Positions 49,260 to 59,267 of a stretch of 64,000 nt of DNA are shown here, one piece after another. The stretch comes from Acidobacteriota bacterium (GTDB lineage: Bacteria > Acidobacteriota > UBA6911 > RPQK01 > JAJDTT01). The stretch is taken from contig OZ242374.1 of assembly GCA_965209055.1 (NCBI GenBank), positions 1,536,001 to 1,600,000 on the forward strand. The letters run 5' to 3'. The position numbers and the translations under genes are program-made. How positions within the stretch are numbered: the first letter of the stretch is position 1; every line of letters begins with the position of its first letter. Under the pieces are notes generated by a model. The model was not told the origin of the DNA. It searched no databases and saw only the letters and a program-made list of their open reading frames with translations.

Positions 49260-52200
49260 TCAACGCAGAATCGCGTCCTCCAGCAGCCCGAAATCTGTAA
49301 CTAGATCCAGTTTCTCACGAGCTTTCCCGCCGAACTGCATCGAAGCAAGATTTTCCGTCACCAGCCCCGAACGCAATTTCAGATCGCCTCCGTCGATGCC
49401 CGTGTGGTCGGCGAGACGTTCCCGGCTAGATTCCAGAAAAAACATGCGATCAAGGTGCTTTTGCAATGGTGTGCGTTTCGACTCGACCGTCCCAACGGAG
49501 TATTCCGCCAGCCGCTCACCGACCTCGCCCAGGCTACGGTCGAATCTTAGACTCTTGCACTCGATGGCAAACACAAGACCGGTTTCCCGTTTCCAGGCAA
49601 GCACATCGACATCGCCGAGGGATTCGCTCCCTCCGAACCGCGTGAGACTCAGTTCCTGTTCTGTCTCCCACTTCAGTCCTCCAAGACGCTTCGCTACCCG
49701 TTGCGCGAACTTGTGCCCATTTCTGTTTGCCGCCATACCAACGCAGGCGATCATCTCTGTGCTGTCAAAGAGGGTTTCGGGAAGCCCCCCGAACGCTGCT
49801 TGGCCCAAATAGCCTAGTGTTCCGGCCAGTATCGAGGGAAAAACAGCCACGACCGGGTCGTCCTCCTTCGATAATTGGACAAGTGGGCGGCGCAAGATCG
49901 ACAGACGCCTGGAGTACCGCCACGGGTACCAGTCTCTCGCCACTGCGTTTTCGGGTTCGCTTTCGTCCCATCGAGCCCTGGGAGCAAGCGCAAAATGCTC
50001 GAACGCCAATTCCGGGGTTGCTACACCTACGTCTCGCAGATATTGTATGATAGTGCTTCTCTGCAAGCGCAAATCGGCTCTGCCCAGCTTGATCGCCTCC
50101 AAGGTCAAGCGGTGCACGAACGTCCCATACTGTTCAGCCGTAAGACCGAACTCGGCGGCAAACGCGTCTGAGAAACTCGGGTGGGGCAGTGAATCATCAC
50201 TGATGGTTTGTTCATCCGGCTCCGCATTGAGAAATGTTCGCCGCCAGTGTTCGGACATCAACTGAGCTGTCGCCTGTGTTGCGCTTTGGTCGAAATCAAA
50301 AGAACCGTTTGCGTTCACGGCCGGCGGCCTTCTCGCCAAACCGTAGTGCAACGCATCGCTCTGGCTCGCGCATTCCACAAGAGTCGACACCTCGGCGATG
50401 AGAAAATCGAGGTCTGCTTTCGTGCAGGACGAGCCGCCGCCAAAAGGCGCCGTGCACAGTGCCATCTCCGCGATAACTCGGCACGCGAGGCCAGCACGAT
50501 CCCTGAGGAAAACGCGCTGTTTTGCTGCGACCATCGCCTGATTGGCACCAAAAAGCGAGAGCTGCGCCTCCATCGAACGCATCCACTCCCTGTGCTCCTT
50601 GCGGACGGCTACGTAGTTAAGTAGTGACGTTTGGATCACGCTTTCCCGGGATAGGCTTTTGAGCCGTGATCGTACTCGCTCCCAGACCACATCCACCGAT
50701 GCATTGAGAACCTTGCCGGCTTTCGATAGCGAAACGATGCCCGGCTTGCCCGTATATCCGGCTCGCCTCGCCAAGTCTAGGCGGCTCCAAGCCAGATCTT
50801 CCGGCATCGGCAAGCGCGGATCCGGAAGCGCGACCATGTCATAAATCACGTCCTCTGGCGTCTCACTGGGAGCCATCTTTAGGAATCGGGCGCTCTCGGA
50901 TCCAATCACGCTACGAACCCATTCCTTAATCCCCGTGTCCGAAGCATCCTCGTTGGTGCACAAGACGTGTACGCTTCGCGCTAGCGAACAGATCATCAGC
51001 CTGTCCCCAACGTTTCCTGGGCTTAGAAAGCTTCGCAGGTAATCTGGCGTGCAGTCGATCACGATTTCTCCGTTCTCAACGACGACCGCGGGCTCGAGCA
51101 ACGCTGGAGCCAGATCGAGATCGTGGCGACTGAATTCATCGATGTTCGGAAACCGAATCTGGAACTCGACGGGACCATCCGGCAACGCGGGGTATCGCTC
51201 CTCCAGCGCGGGCGCCAAACGGCCCAACCACCCGAGAACCATGTCCAAAACAGCAAATGCGATGCCGCGATTCCACACATCCTGCTGCACCTCGTCGCAT
51301 CGGACCCACCACGGCCGCGCGGCGGTTTCAACACAGGCCAACACTGTTCCCTCGGCTCTGTGTCCGGGACTGAGGAACACCGCACCACCTGCAGCTTCTT
51401 CCAGATGGCCATCCGTTTCCTGACGATGAACGCTAACGAAATAGTCTCCATCCGGACCCAGCGAAGCGTGGCGGTCCATCCCAGTCCGAATCTCATGGCG
51501 CAACGGCAGCATGAAATCGCTATGCAAGTAAATTGGGGCCACGTTCATGTTGGCTGGCACAAGCATGTTGGCTGGCACAAGCTCAAAATCGGTGTAGTAC
51601 GCGAAAGCCACTAGATTCGTGAATCCGCGCAGGTTTGGGAAGACGGTGCCCCGTTCCTCCAATTCGTCGACCTGTTGCAGCAGCTTCCAAGCCCGCATAG
51701 CCGTGAAATCACTTTTGGCTCCCAGCATCATGAAGTCGGGTGCCGAGACGCAAAGCTGATGCCAGCTGGATGGAAGATCTCCCCAGACCGGCGCAAAGTT
51801 GCGCCCGATGCCGCCGTCTACGAGCACAGTCAAGCCTCTCCGATAGTCGCGTTCCCATTCTAGCGCCGCTGCCCTGTCTTGAATTCGTTCCCTTATCGCA
51901 GCCTCAAGCACATGAATGCTTCTCAGTCCATTCTCGGCAACTGCAAGGAAATCATCGGGAACAAATGTCACATGTACGTACCCGCCATCGTCAAACGTTC
52001 CGACGAACTCCCGAAGCCCATCGGCCGGGTCGGGCTCCAGCATCTCCACGAATCCAATTCCCCAATCCGCTCTGCCCAACATGAAAGCTTCACTAAACCG
52101 CGCCAAGTGCCATGTCGCTTGAAACAGACGAAGATCCCCTGCAGCCGCAGCCCGCTCAAGCACAAAACGCCTGATCGCAGCGCCTATCGCTGTGGGAAGC

Positions 52201-52892
52201 ACGACCCACGTCCGGCCCCTCCACCGTACTAGCGGCCGACGTTCCAACTCCGAATGACCGAATGACTGCTCAGTGAGCAACTCCGCATGCTCCCCTTGAA
52301 ATACGAACGGATGGAGGATCCCCGGCTCGACTCCTATTGCGCCCAGCTCCTTGTCGCTGAAACCCACGTTGGCCTTGGATTCCGCTAGTATCGACCCGCC
52401 GACAGCAACCTTTTCCTTGGGCCTGCTCTCCGTTCTGGAATATCGTGCGATCCCAGCCCTTTCGGCGACTGCCTCACTCACGCGCAACAACGCCTCGACC
52501 TGCTTCAACGACTGTGCAGCCCAAGTACGATCCGCTATTCTCATCAGCGTGTCGAGGCATGCGCGAACGTACTCCGCGTTGTTTGCCCAGTGCCCAGCGA
52601 ACAACCGTGCGTTTCCGAACCAAGCGTCCACGTTCGATAGGAAAACGTCTTCGACCGGCATCTCCAGTTCAGTGATGACGTCGTTGTAAACCGCTATATT
52701 GAGCCACTCTCGAAGGTGTCGCTGATCTGGCGCCTTCTCGCCTTGGCAAGCCAATGCGGCCAAGTGAATCAATGCCTCGATTCGGCCACTCGCCGTGTGA
52801 TTCTCAGGCCTGGTCAACAATCCGGCTAATGGTGCGGCCACGAGCGGGAAGCTGAATTTCTCCAGACGCTTGACCACCGTGGCGAGGCGCAT
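49260..52892 (-). CDS. Large (~1210 aa) uncharacterised protein with C-terminal PD-(D/E)XK-like nuclease domain
   Basis: GGAGGT SD before MRLATVV; C-terminal G..F...VA..L, GDVDVLAW...FAIECK, KHLDR motifs. Confidence 0.8.
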   Translation of the reverse strand: MRLATVVKRLEKFSFPLVAAPLAGLLTRPENHTASGRIEALIHLAALACQGEKAPDQRHLREWLNIAVYNDVITELEMPVEDVFLSNVDAWFGNARLFAGHWANNAEYVRACLDTLMRIADRTWAAQSLKQVEALLRVSEAVAERAGIARYSRTESRPKEKVAVGGSILAESKANVGFSDKELGAIGVEPGILHPFVFQGEHAELLTEQSFGHSELERRPLVRWRGRTWVVLPTAIGAAIRRFVLERAAAAGDLRLFQATWHLARFSEAFMLGRADWGIGFVEMLEPDPADGLREFVGTFDDGGYVHVTFVPDDFLAVAENGLRSIHVLEAAIRERIQDRAAALEWERDYRRGLTVLVDGGIGRNFAPVWGDLPSSWHQLCVSAPDFMMLGAKSDFTAMRAWKLLQQVDELEERGTVFPNLRGFTNLVAFAYYTDFELVPANMLVPANMNVAPIYLHSDFMLPLRHEIRTGMDRHASLGPDGDYFVSVHRQETDGHLEEAAGGAVFLSPGHRAEGTVLACVETAARPWWVRCDEVQQDVWNRGIAFAVLDMVLGWLGRLAPALEERYPALPDGPVEFQIRFPNIDEFSRHDLDLAPALLEPAVVVENGEIVIDCTPDYLRSFLSPGNVGDRLMICSLARSVHVLCTNEDASDTGIKEWVRSVIGSESARFLKMAPSETPEDVIYDMVALPDPRLPMPEDLAWSRLDLARRAGYTGKPGIVSLSKAGKVLNASVDVVWERVRSRLKSLSRESVIQTSLLNYVAVRKEHREWMRSMEAQLSLFGANQAMVAAKQRVFLRDRAGLACRVIAEMALCTAPFGGGSSCTKADLDFLIAEVSTLVECASQSDALHYGLARRPPAVNANGSFDFDQSATQATAQLMSEHWRRTFLNAEPDEQTISDDSLPHPSFSDAFAAEFGLTAEQYGTFVHRLTLEAIKLGRADLRLQRSTIIQYLRDVGVATPELAFEHFALAPRARWDESEPENAVARDWYPWRYSRRLSILRRPLVQLSKEDDPVVAVFPSILAGTLGYLGQAAFGGLPETLFDSTEMIACVGMAANRNGHKFAQRVAKRLGGLKWETEQELSLTRFGGSESLGDVDVLAWKRETGLVFAIECKSLRFDRSLGEVGERLAEYSVGTVESKRTPLQKHLDRMFFLESSRERLADHTGIDGGDLKLRSGLVTENLASMQFGGKAREKLDLVTDFGLLEDAILR

Positions 52893-53211
52893 CGCGGTAC
52901 CTCCGATTTCACTCAACTCACTGGCTGCCGTGCTCGCCAATAACGCCGTCGCAACCTCGTCATGCGCATCAAACGATCGTTTGGTCAATACAGTGCTTCC
53001 TCCGCACGTGGTTGCATCTGGTGATCTCAACCCATCTCAAATTCATCTGCCTTCCGATTCCGAATACTCCACACTTGCGATGCGACTTCTGCCGCGCCAT
53101 CACTCCCAGCTTCGCGTAGCAGCTTCCGCAATCCCAACCAACCTTCTCGGGAGTAAATTCGGCTGTACGGACAAACCCGTCCGGTAAACGTTTAGGGCGG
53201 CTGCATAAAGC

Positions 53212-54969
53212 CTAGTTCCAGCGCAGTCGGGCGACAAAGTTCTCATACTGCTCGACATAAGCCGCGAGGCGATCCCGGGCCCCACCGGCAAGTCCTGCGT
53301 CGACCAGATCGCTGCATAGGTCTCCTTCGGAAATTCGCGCGAGCAATCGTGCGCGGAACTGGTGACGCCATCCGTTGCGACCTACGGGGGCCCATCCACC
53401 GCGTTCTCGCTCATCCGCCGCAGGTTCGTAGTTGATCAACGAGAAAAGGATCTCCCAAGTGTCGTGCACTTCCTCGAAGCTGGGTAGGACAGCGGCGAAG
53501 CTGTTCCGCCAGTCGTCTAGAACGCTATACAGGTGATCGGAGACGGGCGCGTAGTGATCTTCGAGCCCAGGAAGGCGCTTCCAAAGATCGTTGCGGTTCC
53601 CCTCCAGGAACCATTCGGAGACCAAGTAGACAAATCGTTTCGGGTTTCCGTACCCGTCATCCACAGTTTGCGAGAGCAGACTGTGAAGGTCATGCCATCG
53701 CTTGGCGATAGCCAGGCCGATCCCGTAGGCCCATAGCAGGAGAACCGCTGGGTAGTAGCGCAGATAGGCAACTGCGGGTTCCGTTTCTCCGCATCGGGAC
53801 CACATGGTCACCAGCGCATCGACGACGGAGCCGTGTCCGGTACTGTCTCCCCATCGACCGAGTACTCCAAGTATGCGGGCGAGGGGTTCAGCCGACGACT
53901 CCTGGAAGGCGACCAATTGCTCAATTCCTTCGTTGGTTGCTTTGACATCTGGCATGACGGTGACCAGGCTGTGAGAGAGCCTATCCACCTGAGACTCAAT
54001 TAGATCGTGCAAATCGATCCGGCGGTCATGATCGGCCACGAATCGCTTGACAGTGCCTACGAGCAGGTGAATGTTGTCCGGGTTCTGTCTGTGCGTTCGG
54101 GCCAGTGTTTCTATCCGGTCGCATAGCTTTCCAAAGAATTCGTCGGCGTCCGCAATTGAGATGACGTGGCCTCGCCGGTGGGCGATGATTCGTTGCCCGA
54201 TGTCCCCGATCGGACCACGTGCCGTCCAATACGTCGAATACCGCCGGGAGGGGTTGCTCATGATCGCGTCGGCAAGAGCAACGTCCCACTCGCCTGACCA
54301 TCCGCACACGATTAAGCCGTGGTCGTCGAAAATGCGGTCTAGGAGCCTTGTGAACTCGGTTGCATACTGAGAGAGTTCACGATCAGTGTTTAGGATTCGC
54401 GCATCCTTGTAGTCACCGTGCAGTTTGACCAAGTAACACTTAGCATGGCCAGGCGGTTCGGCTCCTTGGATTGCGTACACCGAGTCGACGACTGTCGGTT
54501 CCGTCCCGCGCTCGCGAAGCGCCTGTTCTAGCAGGCGGTCAAAGTTGGTGGTAATGACCACGCGGACCATCCCCGCACGGACGATTTCGGCAATTGCATG
54601 ATGCGCCCTCGTCGGAATCTTCCGTCCACGTTGCAGTTCCTCTTCGGTCGGTTCGATGTATTCGTTAAGAATGGCTCGGCGCTCGAACTCGGAAGGGCCG
54701 AGTTGGGCAATCAACTCTGAGTAGTTCGGTTGTTTTCCTAACTTTGCCTTATACCAAGCCGCCCAGTCCTGCTGATCTGTCTCTCCTTGGGCAAGAGCTA
54801 CGCGACGGACCAGATCGAGTGTAATTTCCCATCCCGTCGGGATGCCGGCGGATCGGGAGAGTCCCGAACCCAGCAATAGAGCGTAGATGCCCGGGTTACC
54901 GTAGATGCCAAAAGCGAGCTGTGTCAGCTTGTCATCGCTATTGTCGGTGTGGATTGGCTCGAGAGTCAT
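53212..54969 (-). CDS. SIR2-like (SIR2_2) NADase domain protein
   Basis: LLLGSGLSRSAGIPTGW, ITTNFDRLLE, VKLHGDY, GLIVCGWSGEWD; unknown helical C-terminal half; ORF extends to 55023. Confidence 0.9.
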   Translation of the reverse strand: MTLEPIHTDNSDDKLTQLAFGIYGNPGIYALLLGSGLSRSAGIPTGWEITLDLVRRVALAQGETDQQDWAAWYKAKLGKQPNYSELIAQLGPSEFERRAILNEYIEPTEEELQRGRKIPTRAHHAIAEIVRAGMVRVVITTNFDRLLEQALRERGTEPTVVDSVYAIQGAEPPGHAKCYLVKLHGDYKDARILNTDRELSQYATEFTRLLDRIFDDHGLIVCGWSGEWDVALADAIMSNPSRRYSTYWTARGPIGDIGQRIIAHRRGHVISIADADEFFGKLCDRIETLARTHRQNPDNIHLLVGTVKRFVADHDRRIDLHDLIESQVDRLSHSLVTVMPDVKATNEGIEQLVAFQESSAEPLARILGVLGRWGDSTGHGSVVDALVTMWSRCGETEPAVAYLRYYPAVLLLWAYGIGLAIAKRWHDLHSLLSQTVDDGYGNPKRFVYLVSEWFLEGNRNDLWKRLPGLEDHYAPVSDHLYSVLDDWRNSFAAVLPSFEEVHDTWEILFSLINYEPAADERERGGWAPVGRNGWRHQFRARLLARISEGDLCSDLVDAGLAGGARDRLAAYVEQYENFVARLRWN

Positions 54970-55217
54970 TGCGTTCTTGGGACCAGTGCATTTTCGCGAA
55001 GGTGAACTTTCGGCAGCCCGCATCTTAGCCTTCCGGTTCTCGGTCGACCAGACTTAAACGACTGCTGATCCGGGTGCGCCAGGAAGCGAAGCCTCAAGGC
55101 GTAGGTTCTCTTCCAGTTCGAAATTGCTCGGCTATTATCTCGGGCCTACTATCTCGATCTCCCGCCAGTCTCTTTTCGATACAAAATTGCGGCCTGACTT
55201 CATCTATCCCTCTGCCC

Positions 55218-56312
55218 TCAATTGTTGGACTTTCTGCGATTGCAAGACTTGCACAGCATTTGGCAGTTCTCCTTTTTTGTCTTGCCCCCCTTCGACCATG
55301 GGGTGATGTGATCGCCCTCCATTTGGGAAATCTCAAATGCCTTCTCGCATGTAGGGCAAATGCCCTTTTGCCTCTCGAACGCGCCCTGCTTCATGGAATC
55401 GGAAAAGACACGGATGTTAAGGTGCTTTTCCTCGCCGGTGAGGAGATACGGGTATATTCCCGCCTTCTTTGTCACGTCGTCGTCCATCATCAGGCGGGCA
55501 ACGTCCGCCTCAATTGCTTCGGGATCCAGGCTCTCGTCTCTAAGGAGTTCATATAGCCCTCCCCAATCCACGCCCTTCATTTGCTTGCGGTAGTTCGGGA
55601 AAACCGCCTCCACCCGGTTAATTACCGCCTGGAAGTGACTCCACAAGGCGGTTGCGGTCTTGTCGTGCTGATGCGCGGCCATGTACTCCTCAACCGTCTG
55701 GCCCTCGTCCTTAATCCATTGGATCGCGGTTTCGAGGTACTCTTGGCGGTCCGCCCTCCCTTTCACATACCGGCTGCCGATTGCATAGGCCGGGCAGGCA
55801 GCCCCCTTCCGGCTGAAATACCGCTTTGCGTCGGACACCCACGGGCCAGCATAGACCGCGTTCCGCAACTCCTGGGCGGTCAGCTTCTCGCCCGCGATGT
55901 TGATAATCCGAAACCACGCGAGCTTCTCGCTCGCCGTCCCCTCGCAGATATAGACCTGCAATGGGTAGTTGAGAATCTGTTCCTGCTCGTCGTCTTGCAG
56001 GTTGTGGAAATACCGCCCATCAAGGGAGTAGTCCCCTTCCACGTACTGCGCGGCTGAGATTGTGCGCTGCTGACCGTCAATGACCTCATACGTTCCGTCT
56101 TGGCGCACGGCCCAATACATCACATTGAGCGGAAAGCCCTTGTTGATTGTCTCGATCACCGCATCGCGTTGCTTGTCCTTATAGACGAACTCGCGCTGAA
56201 AAGGCGGGCGGATGTCGAGCTTGCCGCCATAGCCGCGCACCCCGCCTTCGCCGTTGTCATGGTAGTCCTCCACAAGGTCGCGGACTGTGATTTTCTTCAG
56301 ATCAATTTTCAT
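55218..56312 (-). CDS. DUF262 (GmrS/ParB-like) + HNH endonuclease
   Basis: RPPFQREFVY, EVIDGQQR; CPTC..GDHITPWSKGGKT..NCQMLCKSCN. Confidence 0.92.
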   Translation of the reverse strand: MKIDLKKITVRDLVEDYHDNGEGGVRGYGGKLDIRPPFQREFVYKDKQRDAVIETINKGFPLNVMYWAVRQDGTYEVIDGQQRTISAAQYVEGDYSLDGRYFHNLQDDEQEQILNYPLQVYICEGTASEKLAWFRIINIAGEKLTAQELRNAVYAGPWVSDAKRYFSRKGAACPAYAIGSRYVKGRADRQEYLETAIQWIKDEGQTVEEYMAAHQHDKTATALWSHFQAVINRVEAVFPNYRKQMKGVDWGGLYELLRDESLDPEAIEADVARLMMDDDVTKKAGIYPYLLTGEEKHLNIRVFSDSMKQGAFERQKGICPTCEKAFEISQMEGDHITPWSKGGKTKKENCQMLCKSCNRRKSNN

Positions 56313-57367
56313 TGCGGCGGCACTCTTTTAATCAGAAGGCGAACATAAGTGGGCCTGAACTCGGTCCCAACTCTTATTACACCCCTTCTATTCAGATTGC
56401 CTGCGTTGGGCATGTCTGCCGACGAGTATTCTTTCGTTTTCAGACCGGAGTTGTTGTCCCTGTCTGTTATCCCCAAGACTTCGAACTGCTCCGGGTTGTG
56501 CTTGTCCAGAAACGTGACCGGCACCCCCATCGCGCCGTCCCAATCCATCGGGATGTTGGCGATCCTGTCCACGTTGATCGCATCGTAGTTGTCGTAGGCC
56601 GGGTATTCCTCCGGCGAGTACCGCTTGTAGAGGATCAGTTCGTCGTGGCGCTTCTTATGGTCGAGATTGGTGAACCAGGCCGCGTTACCCAACCGTCCTT
56701 TAATCACCCCCTCGACGACTCTATAGGCACTCCCCTCCTTTGCGGTCGCTACCAATTCCTGCGCGTAACCCTCCGGCACATCGAACAGCATATCCTGGCC
56801 TTTCGGGGTTACGCCAAGCCACGTCCTGTTGTCCTTGATTAGAGGGAAAACCTCCTTGTAGGTGACGGCGTTCTGACTCCCGACGATCAGGAACTTCTTG
56901 CCGTACTCGACCAGTTGGGCGACGTATTCGCGGAACAGCGAGAACGGCGGGTTGGTCACCACGATGTCCGCCTGCTTCAGAAGTTCGATGCATTCCGCGC
57001 TACGGAAATCGCCGTCCCCTTCAAACGCATGGACCCCAATATCCTCTACGTCGGGCACCCTGCCGCCCTTACTGTTTCCCTTGTATTCGAGCCATACCGC
57101 CCGCTCCGTATCGTGACGGCTGAACAGGTCGCGGTCCTGGTTCTTGTAGCATGCGGTGATGAGCTTCTTCAGGCCCAGGCGCTCGAAGTTGTACGAGAAA
57201 TAATGGAAGAAGTTGGAGAATCGGGGATCGTCGCAATTGCAGTAGACAACCTTGCCGGCGAAGTGTCCGGTATAGTGGCGGAGTTCGTTCTCGATGTCGG
57301 AAAGCTGCGTGTAGAACTCATCGTTCTTCTGCCGCTTGGCCTTTCGCAAGTTTTCATTCAGAGACAT
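56309..57367 (-). CDS. Adenine-specific DNA methyltransferase, EcoRI family
   Basis: KNDEFYT, VYCNCDDP, GDFRS, DIVVTNPPFSLFREY, MGVPVTFLDK; ATGA overlap with HNH gene. Confidence 0.93.
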   Translation of the reverse strand: MSLNENLRKAKRQKNDEFYTQLSDIENELRHYTGHFAGKVVYCNCDDPRFSNFFHYFSYNFERLGLKKLITACYKNQDRDLFSRHDTERAVWLEYKGNSKGGRVPDVEDIGVHAFEGDGDFRSAECIELLKQADIVVTNPPFSLFREYVAQLVEYGKKFLIVGSQNAVTYKEVFPLIKDNRTWLGVTPKGQDMLFDVPEGYAQELVATAKEGSAYRVVEGVIKGRLGNAAWFTNLDHKKRHDELILYKRYSPEEYPAYDNYDAINVDRIANIPMDWDGAMGVPVTFLDKHNPEQFEVLGITDRDNNSGLKTKEYSSADMPNAGNLNRRGVIRVGTEFRPTYVRLLIKRVPPQ

Positions 57368-57569
57368 GGGTTTGCTCCCTAATCAAGCCTGTTATCGGCG
57401 AGTAATCCCCGAAATTGAATCGCTCATGCTCGCCCCCCAACCTCGGCACCTTGCTACATTGTTTCCGGTTCGTAAACCGCGTCCGTCAGTCATCCGCGAA
57501 TTTGGCGGTGCGGGCACGGACTTCGTTCCAAGGCAGGCGCATTAGCCTGAGCGGCGGCACGAGTCTCGA

Positions 57570-57884
57570 TCATGCGTGCAGTGCCCTCGTGCTCCGTGCC
57601 GCAGCCGTCCGGTCGCGCCGCGCCTGCGCAAGCTCGTAGCTCGCCTGCATCCGCATCCAGTGTTCGGCGGTACCCCAGCCGATGCCCTCCAACGCCAACG
57701 CCATGTTCGCGGACACCCCCGCCTTGCCGTTCAGCAACCGCGACAGCGTTCCGCGCTGGCAGCCGAGACGCGCGGCCGTCTCGGTCACGTTCCAACCCAT
57801 ATCGTCCATGCTCTCCCGGATCAGTTCGCCCAGGTGCGGCGGATTCAGCATCGGGCCGACACGCTCGCTTGTAACGTCGTTCAT
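57570..57884 (-). CDS. higA: HigA family antitoxin
   Basis: NPPHLGELI..VTETAARLG..R.TLSRLLNGKAGVS..MALAL..W.RMQASYEL. Confidence 0.92.
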   Translation of the reverse strand: MNDVTSERVGPMLNPPHLGELIRESMDDMGWNVTETAARLGCQRGTLSRLLNGKAGVSANMALALEGIGWGTAEHWMRMQASYELAQARRDRTAAARSTRALHA

Positions 57885-57902
57885 GGTCAACACTCCCTTC
57901 AG

Positions 57903-58175
57903 TCAGTGATAGTCGATCAGGTCAACGTCCACGGCTTCGCCGTCCTCGAAGCGGAACACCACGCGCCAGTTGCCGGAGACGCGAACGCTCCACTGGCCCG
58001 CACGGTCGCCCTTCAAGGGATGCAGTCGGAAGCCCGGCGCATCGGCGTTTCGCGGATGCGTCGCCTCTTGCAGACGGAACAGGATGCGCCGGAGCCGTGG
58101 CACGAAACCGACAGGTACCCGCACGGGATTGTCCCGCTCATGCAGCGCCCGCAGTCCCTTGTGTCTAATCTTCAT
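57903..58175 (-). CDS. higB: HigB (RelE/ParE, plasmid killer) toxin
   Basis: RHKGL, PGFRLHPLKGDR.GQWSVRVSGNWRVVFRF..DYH. Confidence 0.93.
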   Translation of the reverse strand: MKIRHKGLRALHERDNPVRVPVGFVPRLRRILFRLQEATHPRNADAPGFRLHPLKGDRAGQWSVRVSGNWRVVFRFEDGEAVDVDLIDYH

Positions 58176-58194
58176 CGACTAAGACGCAACTATT

Positions 58195-58211
58195 GTAACG
58201 CGAAACGTTAC
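58195..58211. promoter_or_regulatory. higBA operator palindrome
   Basis: GTAACG-N5-CGTTAC just upstream of higB. Confidence 0.6.
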
Positions 58212-58326
58212 GCGCTGCGAAGCTTCGGTCACTGGCCAGCGGCTGCGCGACTCTACGAAAGGATCTGACACCGGGGAACGAAGGTTACAGTGACTTCGTC
58301 TTGAAACAGATTACCTTCCCGCAAGG

Positions 58327-58485
58327 GGATCAATGGGACGGGAGCGACCCCCCGAGGCGATGGCACGGAGAGTGCACATCAGCCTACCCCGCTTTGCCGA
58401 TCCGGGAGGCAAAAAAGGGGGGTCGCTCCCGTCCATCTCCGCTCTCCCCGAGCGGCAGCCCCAAGCCGCGAGGCAATCCGTAACC
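58327..58485 (+). repeat. Structured motif, divergent copy B
   Basis: GGATCAATGGGACGGGAGCGACCCCCC ... AAAAAAGGGGGGTCGCTCCCGTCCATCTCCG; outer stem conserved, interior different. Confidence 0.7.
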
Positions 58486-58702
58486 CGAACAGGGACAGTG
58501 AGTTAGGAGAACACGTTCGTGCACATCGAAAGGCCCCTTTCGTGCACATGCCCCCTCTTGTCCTATGTGCGCTCCCCGAGCGGCACGATATGCCTTCTTT
58601 CAGCGGTCGAACCCAGCCTCATTTCTTAGCTGTTCCCGGACGGTTCTTGTGTTGGGAAGGACGTTCCGTCACTGACGGAGGACTCGTCCGGAGGCAGGGA
58701 GG

Positions 58703-58969
58703 TCAGCCGGAGCGGATTTCTTTCCCGGGTTTGAAGCGAACGGTCTTGCCGGGAGGAATGGGGACCACGGCCCCCGTCCTGGGGTTGCGGCCGATGCCAC
58801 TCTTCCGCAGCTTGACCAGAAAGACTCCGAAGCCCCGCAACTCAATGCGTTCCCCATGCTTCAGGGCGCGCTTCAACACCTCCAGCACGGTCTCGACGGC
58901 CTCTTCGGACCTCACCTTGGTCAATCCCACCTTTTCGGAGACGCGTGACACAATGTCTTGTTTGATCAC
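58703..58969 (-). CDS. HU/IHF family DNA-binding protein
   Basis: IELRGFGVF..RK...GRNPRTG..V.IP...VRFKPGK. Confidence 0.93.
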   Translation of the reverse strand: MIKQDIVSRVSEKVGLTKVRSEEAVETVLEVLKRALKHGERIELRGFGVFLVKLRKSGIGRNPRTGAVVPIPPGKTVRFKPGKEIRSG

Positions 58970-59267
58970 AGCTTGGAAGTGCCCCCTGAGGTGCCAGGCG
59001 TTGTCTTATAGTGGGCCTAGGTTCGGGGTGTCAAGGTTCGGTTCAGGCTCCTCAAGTGAGAAGTCAATATGGAGTCGGAAGTGGGCTTTTCCGGGAGGAC
59101 CGGTCGGAGAGGAGGAAGGGGAACCGGATCACCTGCCGCCTCTTCCTCGATCACTACCATGAGTGATTTTCGGTAGTGTCCTAACTCGGAAATCGCTTAC
59201 CAATTGAGAGCGTGGACCGGTGGTGCCTGCGCGGTGGTTGAATCGGGGGGGTGATCTCGCGCAGCAC

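Noticed and set aside
48733-49263. ORFs 48733-49206 (+) and short minus-strand ORFs
   Set aside because: No motifs or SD; probably decayed sequence downstream of the giant gene.
34886-55023. Thoeris (SIR2 + SLOG) interpretation
   Set aside because: The SLOG gene is about 18 kb away in core context, not fused to SIR2, and no TIR gene is present.
53212-55023. SPARSA (SIR2-APAZ/short Argonaute)
   Set aside because: Length is similar, but no PIWI/MID-type gene is adjacent and I cannot recognise APAZ.
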